64,000 nt of DNA from a virus (lineage: Duplodnaviria; Caudoviricetes). The stretch is taken from IMG/VR virus record IMGVR_UViG_3300021375_000006. One strand, written 5' to 3'. A program made the position numbers and the translations under genes. Under the pieces are notes generated by a model. That model searched no databases and was not told the DNA's origin. It was given only the letters and a program-made list of their open reading frames with translations. The first letter of the stretch is position 1. Each line of letters starts with the position of its first letter. Below, piece by piece: positions 27,193 through 35,261 of this stretch.

Positions 27193-27621
27193 TTAAGACG
27201 GGAATACTTCAATCGTTCTTTCTTCTCTAACTAAATCTGCCCACTTGCCTTCGTATCTTGTACCTTTGACAATATGGTTATCAACCCAGTGATAGTTACC
27301 ACCTCTTGGTTTACCCATTAGTAGACCATGGTATTTGAATCCATGTTTGTTTAACCAAGCTTCTGTAATATCTCTTACATCTTCAGTTCTTGAAGTAAAG
27401 AAAGTAATTACATGGCCTTCGTCAAACCATTTATTTAAAGTTTCTTTTGCACCTGCATAGGGTAAGACTACTGACATTCTCTCTGGCTCTTCGTTTGGTA
27501 CATCATCTGTAATTGTGCCGTCAATGTCAATTAGATAGTTCTTACACCCATCGTTTAAAACAGGAGAGACTAGGTGTCCGTCATCTCCTATTGTTTCGTT
27601 AAATTTAATTTCTCTTTTCAT
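27193..27621 (-). CDS. HAD phosphatase (capsule-biosynthesis phosphatase-like)
   Basis: LIDIDGTI, FFTSR, LLMGKPRGG, WVD. Confidence 0.8.
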   Translation of the reverse strand: MKREIKFNETIGDDGHLVSPVLNDGCKNYLIDIDGTITDDVPNEEPERMSVVLPYAGAKETLNKWFDEGHVITFFTSRTEDVRDITEAWLNKHGFKYHGLLMGKPRGGNYHWVDNHIVKGTRYEGKWADLVREERTIEVFPS

Positions 27622-27634
27622 ACTTTATTGTAAA

Positions 27635-29062
27635 TTAAGGTTCTTCGTGGTTTCTAATAAATGATACAATAATATATCTCTTACCACCTGTAATTGGCCT
27701 CGCGCCATGTCTATGTGTAATCATTCCAGGGTGAAGTACTGCTGTACCTATTTGCTCTGGATTGGATAATTTTTGATACTGAGGGAACCAAGTTCCACCG
27801 CCACTAAATTCATCATTTAATTTAATAACCATCGTTAGGTGGCTTCTATCATGGTGTAGAGATAGGTGTGATTGTCTAGTCGTTGTATACCTAGCCATGA
27901 AGTTTTCATTTGAGAATGCGTCCCATTGTTTACCTTCTAGGTTCCATTGGTGAATTGCAAGAGGCCTAACTACTTCATGTAATACTTTATTGTAAATTTC
28001 ATCTAGGCCAATATCTTGTAGTAAGACATCATTAGTTGGATAGTGTTCGTGTCTGTCAATAGTCCACTTATCTTTAGCCTCTGCTAGAGCAATTGCTTCT
28101 CTACAGAATCTAGGAGTAAATAACGGGAATTCATATACGTTATCTCCTCTATCTGAAACCATTAAGTCATACTCTCCCTTTGATACTGATAGATTAATAT
28201 ACTTCTCTTTCCATTCATCCCAATTAGATATATCTAATATTTCAAAATACTCTGATGTATCAATATCAAATTCTGGTCTTACATATTCTGTTTGAGTTTG
28301 TTCAGGTTCCTGGTTAATTATTTCACGTTGGTTTGGACTACCCACTTCTGGTTCTATTGTAGAACCTCCAAGTTTACCACCTCTATTCTGTACTATAAAA
28401 TTTGGATCGCGTGTTGCTAATATAGTTAATGATTTTGGAAATAGTTCTTGAATATCATGTCTTCTATGCGGATAACCTAGTGCACTTAAATACTCATCTA
28501 CAGGAATCACGTTTTCTTTTAATCCACCTGATAATAATAGTTTTGCTACATTAGGGTTTTTAATAATATATGCATGTGCATTATACCAGTGTCTAGGATA
28601 AAGCCAAGTTTCATTAATAACCTCTTCTTCAACTTCTTTTTCAATTATATCTCTACCTAATAAGGCAACATCCCAATTAGTATCTACTGGAGGCTCTGCC
28701 AACATTGACATTGAATTACCTTCATTAAAGAAATCTTCTTCTAATATTAGTATTGGACCTAGCCCATCGAATACTGCAGCTTCCCATACTTTTCTATGTG
28801 AAATTGCACAACCAACCTCTCCTGGTAAAACAGACCTTCTCCACCAATCATTCCAAGAATAAGGTGACTCAGGGCCCACATCCCATTTATCATAAACGGT
28901 ATAACCCTCTTTTATATCACCTTCTCTACCATCAAATGCAGAAATAATTTCATACGGGGTATTTTCATAAAACGCACATGATTGTAACTTTTCTTCTATT
29001 GTTTGCTGAAGACTCTCTCTATTTGAGTCTAAAGCTATAACATAAATTTTATTAATTCTCAT
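27635..29062 (-). CDS. GT25 (COLGALT-like) glycosyltransferase fused to PLOD-like lysyl hydroxylase
   Basis: N-half: FDGR, GEVGCAISHRKVW, ILEED, WDVALLGR, AYII, PVDEYL; C-half: YEFPLFT, FMARY, HHD, GGGTWF, HPGMITHRH, KRYIIVSF. Confidence 0.88.
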   Translation of the reverse strand: MRINKIYVIALDSNRESLQQTIEEKLQSCAFYENTPYEIISAFDGREGDIKEGYTVYDKWDVGPESPYSWNDWWRRSVLPGEVGCAISHRKVWEAAVFDGLGPILILEEDFFNEGNSMSMLAEPPVDTNWDVALLGRDIIEKEVEEEVINETWLYPRHWYNAHAYIIKNPNVAKLLLSGGLKENVIPVDEYLSALGYPHRRHDIQELFPKSLTILATRDPNFIVQNRGGKLGGSTIEPEVGSPNQREIINQEPEQTQTEYVRPEFDIDTSEYFEILDISNWDEWKEKYINLSVSKGEYDLMVSDRGDNVYEFPLFTPRFCREAIALAEAKDKWTIDRHEHYPTNDVLLQDIGLDEIYNKVLHEVVRPLAIHQWNLEGKQWDAFSNENFMARYTTTRQSHLSLHHDRSHLTMVIKLNDEFSGGGTWFPQYQKLSNPEQIGTAVLHPGMITHRHGARPITGGKRYIIVSFIRNHEEP

Positions 29063-29082
29063 TATTAGTTATGAATTTTTAT

Positions 29083-29110
29083 ATTATACTAAAGTAACGC
29101 GAAAAGTTTC
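29083..29110 (-). promoter_or_regulatory. class II promoter GAAAC-N17-TATAAT (upstream of GT25-LH; 12 further copies listed in findings)
   Basis: exact 17-bp spacing at 13 sites, all upstream of gene starts. Confidence 0.75.
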
Positions 29111-30645
29111 TCGTCCTCTAATAAGCTGTTATTATTTTTTTTAATATAGTATTGATCTACCTCTGTTAAGATACCCATAATATTTTTATAGTCTTCAGAT
29201 GCTAACATTTCTTCTTTCGAATTAAAGTGTTTAATACCATCAAGATCAAAATATTTTAAATCACCATTTTCGTCTATTGCACAATTATATACATTTACTA
29301 TATCAGTTAAAAGTATATTATGTTCTAGGGCTGCTTTAAAATGTTTTAAAATCTGTGGGTAAACTCCAATATCTACTGGCCACTTCCAGTCTTCCCAATC
29401 TGGATATATGTTATATTTAGCACAAAGAACTTGATCTGCTTCATACCTCTCTTGGACAGCAAATAATACACCCTTGTAGATTCCAACGTCATATAATTTA
29501 GGTACTATTCCTAAATCATATAATATTGAGTTTGTTTTTTTAATAACTAATAATTGCTTCATAGATGAAACAGGTGATGAAGCCCCAAAAGAAAATGGGT
29601 CAAGCGTTGCTTTACATGGGTAAATAAATTTTAGTAGATAATCATCATAATAAAAAACTTTATGATAATATCTAAAATCACCGTAATTATCAAAGTGTCC
29701 ACGGTATCTGTACCTGTCTTGGATTAATTTTTTAGTATTGATATTATCTGTATTGACCTTTATATCACATTCATTTACCTCAGCAATTACCTTTCCTGTT
29801 TCAGCCCACCAGTCTTTATATTCTAGCTTAAATTTATCTCTCTCAGGTTTGTGATATTTGTTTATTTGAACATCGTTTAAATAGCAATCAATACCTAACC
29901 CTACATCTTGCATGTATTTCTTTTGAATCTTATTACCAAGCTTAGCATCTATAGTATCAACCCAAGTACCTACCTGTCCAATCCTAAAATCATGAGTTGT
30001 ATATTTAACATCTGTATTAGACTCGTTAGGTAGTCTTACATCAACAGGTTTACTAATAGTATGTCCTAAGAATTTTGCTATCTTGTTTACAGAAGAATCA
30101 TACTCATTTATTATCTCTTCAAATGAAATGATTTCCATATCAAGATCAAGAAGTTCTTTGCTCATATAAACAGAAAACCAGTTCTTGTAATAATCTATTA
30201 ATAGATCTAAAAAGTTATCATGTTTTTTATCTGAAGACTTATATCCATCAAAATCAAAGTTTTCATAAAAGTCAGAGAAAGAAGTATATTTATTTTTAAT
30301 ATGGGGCCTATGATAACATGAAGTCATTATATCTCTAACATCTCTATAGATTAAGATTATTTTTGACTCAGAAAATATTTTTTGTAGTTTTTCTTCGTCA
30401 CCTAAATCTACAGAATGGTTGTGTTTGTAAAAATTTCTATAGTTATGAGAATGCGTCCATGTTACTTTATTACCTTCATTCATCCACCCATATAAACCGT
30501 TAAGTCCTGGCCATTCAAACTTAGTATAATCAAGATAATTTTTATCGATACTTTCATATCCAAAATTATTTACTATTAGATCTACTAATAAGTGAGTACC
30601 TCCTCTTCTTGCAGAAACTACTATAACATTCTTTTTAGAATCCAT
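29089..30645 (-). CDS. sulfotransferase-domain protein with C-terminal kinase-like domain
   Basis: SARRGGTHLL (5'-PSB), YRDVRDIMTS (3'-PB), ISFEE, FRIGQVGTW; C-half LTD..NVYN...YFDLDG. Confidence 0.7.
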   Translation of the reverse strand: MDSKKNVIVVSARRGGTHLLVDLIVNNFGYESIDKNYLDYTKFEWPGLNGLYGWMNEGNKVTWTHSHNYRNFYKHNHSVDLGDEEKLQKIFSESKIILIYRDVRDIMTSCYHRPHIKNKYTSFSDFYENFDFDGYKSSDKKHDNFLDLLIDYYKNWFSVYMSKELLDLDMEIISFEEIINEYDSSVNKIAKFLGHTISKPVDVRLPNESNTDVKYTTHDFRIGQVGTWVDTIDAKLGNKIQKKYMQDVGLGIDCYLNDVQINKYHKPERDKFKLEYKDWWAETGKVIAEVNECDIKVNTDNINTKKLIQDRYRYRGHFDNYGDFRYYHKVFYYDDYLLKFIYPCKATLDPFSFGASSPVSSMKQLLVIKKTNSILYDLGIVPKLYDVGIYKGVLFAVQERYEADQVLCAKYNIYPDWEDWKWPVDIGVYPQILKHFKAALEHNILLTDIVNVYNCAIDENGDLKYFDLDGIKHFNSKEEMLASEDYKNIMGILTEVDQYYIKKNNNSLLEDEKLFALL

Positions 30646-32671
30646 CTATGCCATCAGTTCTAGGGTTATCTTCTGTGATGCCGTTTCTTTCGAGCATCTT
30701 TTTATAGTCATCATTTATATTTCTGTCAAGAGTATTATATTGAGTATGCCAGTGGTATTTTAACCATTGGAACCCACCATAATCATATTTCCACGTATCA
30801 TAAAATGGTTTATATTGTTCATAGTGTGCCCTTAAAACTTCTTCACTAAAGAATGTGTGGAAATTACCCACATTTTTATGAATAGACCATTTATATTTTC
30901 TAGAATCATCTATACCAAGTGGTTCTAACTCTAAAAACTCAGAAACTTCACTTAAAAATTTACCTTGGTTCCAAAGTACATCTTCATATCTTAATACAAT
31001 ACAGTTATCTCCAAATTGTTTTGTATATGATTCTATTAATTCTGTTTGTTTATCTGCAATTTCATTCATGAATTCTACAACTCTAATATCGTCTGGATTA
31101 TTTGTGTAGTCTTTTGAATATATGTGAAGTCCATTATCAAAATTTAAAATGTTCATAGCAACTTCTCTAGGGTCAGATATAACTAAAAATACTTTAGTTT
31201 TATTTACATCAATAAACTCATCAATAACTTTATCTTCTAATGGAACATGGCTCTTAGACCATTTCGTTAGGTCAACTGTTTCCGGAAAGTTTTCTCTAAT
31301 TAACTCTTTAGATAATTCTGAACCAACCATCCTCCAGCCTACTAAAAGATATTCATTATTTTCATTAGGTTTCCTAAGCCATGTATCAGGTCCATTTCGC
31401 CATATACCAGGTCTTTCTTCTTTCCAATCTCCCTGTAAACCCATTGAATTTGTTACAGGCCTTACAGTCTTTTCTAATAACTTATTTTTTATTTTAAAAT
31501 ATTGTTCTGCATTATTTGTTATATGTGAATGCCATGCTTCTCCTGCTACATCCCATGTAAAATACCCTGCGGAATGTTCAGCATTACGTAATGCTTTATT
31601 TTTTAATTCTGTATCTATATCTAATAAAATCTTAGCGGCAAGATCAAACATCGTATCATAATCACTAAATGGCATAATTACCCCATCTTTAACAACTGAT
31701 GGTAAAGCCGCTTTATCTGAAACTATACATAAGACCCCATTCATTTGCATTTCCAATGCGGTTATACAAAATGTTTCTTCATAATCAGAAAGATATAACC
31801 AATATGTAGCTTTTTGAGCAGCAGAATATAGTTCTTGTTTAGAAACAGATCCCATATCTGTGACTCCCTGATCCTTTAAATCATTTAATTTATCTACTAC
31901 ACCATCTATATTATACCAACTTTCCTGTCCAGTTTCATTTGGATCAGAATATTTTGGATAATAAACATCTAAGGTTGCATTAGGCATTACCTTTTTAATT
32001 TTATACCAATTATCTAATAAAGCTACTAAACCTCTATCTACAGCAGATGCCCATATAAATTTATTTGGATCTTTAATAGTAGGTGCATTGTAGAAATCTT
32101 CTTTATTAATTCCATTAGGAATGGACATAAGTCCACCTCGCCATGTTGAATTATCTAGTCTAGCTGCATTTGCAATTTGGTTAGTAATTAAATTAGGATA
32201 TTTATTTTGAATTATATTTTCTACAACATGGTTAGATGCCCACTCTGATGGAGTTGTAATACATTGTATTTCGGTTAAATGTTTAAACTCTTCAAGACCT
32301 TCTATTGGTCTACCTTTATACCATGGTTCATATTCAGTATTGTGCATCCAAATCCATTTATATTTTGGATTTAGATCAGCATCTTCTAAGTAATTTAAAA
32401 AGTTTATATAGTTTACACCTATTACTATATCAAAGTAATCACTAGGTCTATGTAAAAAATTAAATTCAAATTCACCTAGGCCATGCCAAGTAACTCCATC
32501 AATCTTTTCACCATGTGAACTTTCAACCTCTCCGGCTACATGTACTTCATGGCCAAAATTTGATAATCGTTTACTTATCTCTATTACTGCTGTTTCTGTT
32601 CCGCCTAAACCGGTAGTTGTATTACCGTTAAATGTTTCAAATCGGTAACCTGTCCAAAATAGTATTCTCAT
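30635..32671 (-). CDS. GT4 (GT-B) glycosyltransferase fused to degenerate sulfotransferase-like domain
   Basis: GLGGTETAV, IWMHN, IPNGIN, EETFCITALEM; C-part ISDPRE, VLRYED. Confidence 0.75.
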   Translation of the reverse strand: MRILFWTGYRFETFNGNTTTGLGGTETAVIEISKRLSNFGHEVHVAGEVESSHGEKIDGVTWHGLGEFEFNFLHRPSDYFDIVIGVNYINFLNYLEDADLNPKYKWIWMHNTEYEPWYKGRPIEGLEEFKHLTEIQCITTPSEWASNHVVENIIQNKYPNLITNQIANAARLDNSTWRGGLMSIPNGINKEDFYNAPTIKDPNKFIWASAVDRGLVALLDNWYKIKKVMPNATLDVYYPKYSDPNETGQESWYNIDGVVDKLNDLKDQGVTDMGSVSKQELYSAAQKATYWLYLSDYEETFCITALEMQMNGVLCIVSDKAALPSVVKDGVIMPFSDYDTMFDLAAKILLDIDTELKNKALRNAEHSAGYFTWDVAGEAWHSHITNNAEQYFKIKNKLLEKTVRPVTNSMGLQGDWKEERPGIWRNGPDTWLRKPNENNEYLLVGWRMVGSELSKELIRENFPETVDLTKWSKSHVPLEDKVIDEFIDVNKTKVFLVISDPREVAMNILNFDNGLHIYSKDYTNNPDDIRVVEFMNEIADKQTELIESYTKQFGDNCIVLRYEDVLWNQGKFLSEVSEFLELEPLGIDDSRKYKWSIHKNVGNFHTFFSEEVLRAHYEQYKPFYDTWKYDYGGFQWLKYHWHTQYNTLDRNINDDYKKMLERNGITEDNPRTDGIDGF

Positions 32672-32672
32672 A

Positions 32673-33605
32673 TTATTTCTTTTTCTTCTTCTTCTTACTA
32701 CCACCAATACCACCGATTATCTTACCAGCTTTTTTGCCAGCATTACCGGCAGCATTACCAGCATCTTGTATAGGTTGAACTACTGGTTGAGCTGCTCTAG
32801 CGGCTTCATCTTTTTTTCTTTGTAATTCTGCTGCGGCTGCATCTGCTTGTCTTTTAGATTCTGCTGCGGCTGCATCTGCTTGTCTTTTAGATTCTGCTGC
32901 GGCTTCGTCTAATCTAAGTTTTTCTGCTGTTTCTTCTGCTAGTTTTTGAGCCGCTTCTTGTGCTGGATTAGTATTAACACTTACTGAAGTATCTACATCA
33001 ACCCCGACTAAAAGTGCTACTTTTCCGTCAACACCGACTGTTGCAACTCCATCATCCATCGTAGCTCCACCGCCAACTGCGGCTCCTGCTTGAACCCCAG
33101 CTGATACTCCAGCTCCAATTTCAGCACTATTACCATCGTCATCAGATACTGTATTAGATGCTCCAACTCCAACTGATGCTCCAGCTACTGCTCCTGCATG
33201 TCCTTCTGCTCCATCCATACCAACTTGTCCACCAGCCGATACTCCAGCACTTGCTTGAGCTCCTGCATGAACTTCGGTTTCATTTGAAATATCTCCATTT
33301 TCTACTGTATTAGATGCACCAACTTCTACTGATGTTCCAACTTCTGCTCCAGCTTCTACTTTGGCATTTCTACCATCGAATCCAGCTTCAGCGCCAGCTT
33401 CTACATGTGCTTCTGCATCTGCATGTGCTTCCTGTTTAAGTTCAAAGTCACCAATTGTATCTGTGTTTTCTACACCAGCATGAGCTTCAGCTCCCGCTTC
33501 TGCTCCAGCCGATACTGAAGTATCTGTTACTTCTGTTCCAGCACTTGCTCCTGCGGATGCTCCTAGGTTTTCATCACCTACTGATTTGTTTATTTCTTCT
33601 GACAT
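32673..33605 (-). CDS. Gly/Ala/Val-rich beta-repeat protein with helical C-part and poly-Lys tail
   Basis: AGAEAGAEAHAG-type repeats; QADAAAAESKR repeats; GSKKKKKKK end. Confidence 0.7.
   Translation of the reverse strand: MSEEINKSVGDENLGASAGASAGTEVTDTSVSAGAEAGAEAHAGVENTDTIGDFELKQEAHADAEAHVEAGAEAGFDGRNAKVEAGAEVGTSVEVGASNTVENGDISNETEVHAGAQASAGVSAGGQVGMDGAEGHAGAVAGASVGVGASNTVSDDDGNSAEIGAGVSAGVQAGAAVGGGATMDDGVATVGVDGKVALLVGVDVDTSVSVNTNPAQEAAQKLAEETAEKLRLDEAAAESKRQADAAAAESKRQADAAAAELQRKKDEAARAAQPVVQPIQDAGNAAGNAGKKAGKIIGGIGGSKKKKKKK
32826..32903 (-). repeat. 33-bp tandem repeat (QADAAAAESKR)
   Basis: ttctgctgcggctgcatctgcttgtcttttaga twice plus a partial copy. Confidence 0.85.
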
Positions 33606-33621
33606 AAAATTTATTATTATA

Positions 33622-34245
33622 TTATTTGTAATGTGAGCCACCAACCCATAAAACTAAAGATCTTCTAGTACCCTTGGTGACAGGAGATACTCTATGCATC
33701 ATATAACTTGGAAAAAGAACTGCGACTCCTCTACCTCTCGGACAGGTTGTTGCTCCCCAATCATTTGAAGTATCACCACCGGAAGTAATTTGTAATTCAC
33801 CACCTTCATATTCGTCTGAATCTGATAATTGAATTGTAATAGAAACTTTTCTTCTAGAGGGTAATTCACCAGGACCTATATCTTGGTGCCAGTCGTAGTG
33901 CCCATTTTCATGAGCATAATATTCTGTATATTGAATTTGTTCTGGAGCAGAGTGTAGATCGAATTGCCATAGATTATTATTTGCCTCTTCAGCAAAACCA
34001 ATTAATCTTTTATATAGCCAGTCCCAATCTTTATTCTGTGGAACCCATTTTACCATTGAGGAACGAACTCCTTCAGGATCGTTACCCTCAATAGTTTCGC
34101 CATCTGAGCCGATTGTAGTTGCTCGTTCTACTGGAAGTTCACTAGCTAATTTAATAATTTTACTAACCTCTTCCTTAGTTAAACCTTCTTTAAACCAATA
34201 CCATTGTTGTGGATCGTTTGTTGGTTGATTAAAACTGTAAGTCAT
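33622..34245 (-). CDS. 2OG-Fe(II) oxygenase, prolyl-4-hydroxylase-like phage family
   Basis: IQYTEY, WHQD (HxD), RKVSITIQLS, YEGGEL, FPSYMMHRVSPVTKGTRRSLV. Confidence 0.88.
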   Translation of the reverse strand: MTYSFNQPTNDPQQWYWFKEGLTKEEVSKIIKLASELPVERATTIGSDGETIEGNDPEGVRSSMVKWVPQNKDWDWLYKRLIGFAEEANNNLWQFDLHSAPEQIQYTEYYAHENGHYDWHQDIGPGELPSRRKVSITIQLSDSDEYEGGELQITSGGDTSNDWGATTCPRGRGVAVLFPSYMMHRVSPVTKGTRRSLVLWVGGSHYK

Positions 34246-34309
34246 GAAATAATGTTTAATAGTTATACAATAAAAAGTAAAAAAGTTTACAGTTTATTTA
34301 TCAACCTTA

Positions 34310-35230
34310 TTAAACATCAGTTAAAGTAGCTGTTGCAGTTAATTGAGGTACGCCCTTATTATTACTATCAATATTATTTAATGTCATGATAATAGTTTCA
34401 TCTTCCTCCTTCTCATCATCTAAGACGTAGTTCAATGTAACTTGAGCTTGTCCGTTTGTAAATACAAATTTACCAAAAGCCCAACCCATTGTTGATGGTT
34501 CATAATCAGCTAAACCTACGTAACCATCTGCTTCAGCCTGGGCGCGGACATCTAAAATATCTTGCCAAGAGTTAGCAACTAACCCTACACTTTCATCTGC
34601 CGTTACATCCCATATATTAGCAGTACCAAGAAGGTAGAACGAAACTATAGTTCCATCAGGTACGTTATCTGCAGTTAGAGTCCATGTTGAGCTAGTGCCT
34701 TCAGGTGATATTGCAGGAGTAACTGATAACTGATAATTAGTTGGAAGTACCTCTGTTATTGTAGTAGTAGTCACTGGTGCTGGATAAGTCTCTGCTGGCA
34801 TACCTAATTGTGCTTTAACAGCTTCTGCTCTAGCATTTAATTCATTAAGTGCATCTAAACATAAAATTGAAAGAGCTTCATAGTCTATCCAATAATAATC
34901 CTCATCTACACCTAGCCAGTCCATAATCCTTACAAGACTTGGTTCTACTGCAGCTAATTCTTGTGCAATCAAACCAATTCTTTTAGGTTGTACTCCACCA
35001 AATTCTTCAGGTCTATCCCATCCAAATTCCTGACCTAATTCGTTCATATAGAAATAATAGGTTTCTAAAGCTTTGATTTTTTCAGTGGCAGAACCAACTG
35101 GTAAATTAATCTCTTTAGATAAAAGGTGTTGTGCCGCTGGTTTAATATCAACCGCGTACGCCCATCCACCTGAACCGTCGTTCTTTAAACTAAATCCAGG
35201 ATCGTAATTCCAATTCTCTATACCTGCCAT
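34310..35230 (-). CDS. stand-alone S74-type fibre chaperone-like domain plus C-terminal Ig/Calx-beta-like domain
   Basis: KIKALETYYF, IGLIAQELAAVEPSLV, IDYEALSILCLDALNELN; DDEKEEDETIIMTL. Confidence 0.65.
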   Translation of the reverse strand: MAGIENWNYDPGFSLKNDGSGGWAYAVDIKPAAQHLLSKEINLPVGSATEKIKALETYYFYMNELGQEFGWDRPEEFGGVQPKRIGLIAQELAAVEPSLVRIMDWLGVDEDYYWIDYEALSILCLDALNELNARAEAVKAQLGMPAETYPAPVTTTTITEVLPTNYQLSVTPAISPEGTSSTWTLTADNVPDGTIVSFYLLGTANIWDVTADESVGLVANSWQDILDVRAQAEADGYVGLADYEPSTMGWAFGKFVFTNGQAQVTLNYVLDDEKEEDETIIMTLNNIDSNNKGVPQLTATATLTDV

Positions 35231-35261
35231 TTTATATTTATATTTTTATTTTATATTAATT

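Noticed and set aside
27193-27621. Phosphoheptose isomerase label for this family
   Set aside because: Motifs are HAD (DxDGT), not SIS-domain GmhA
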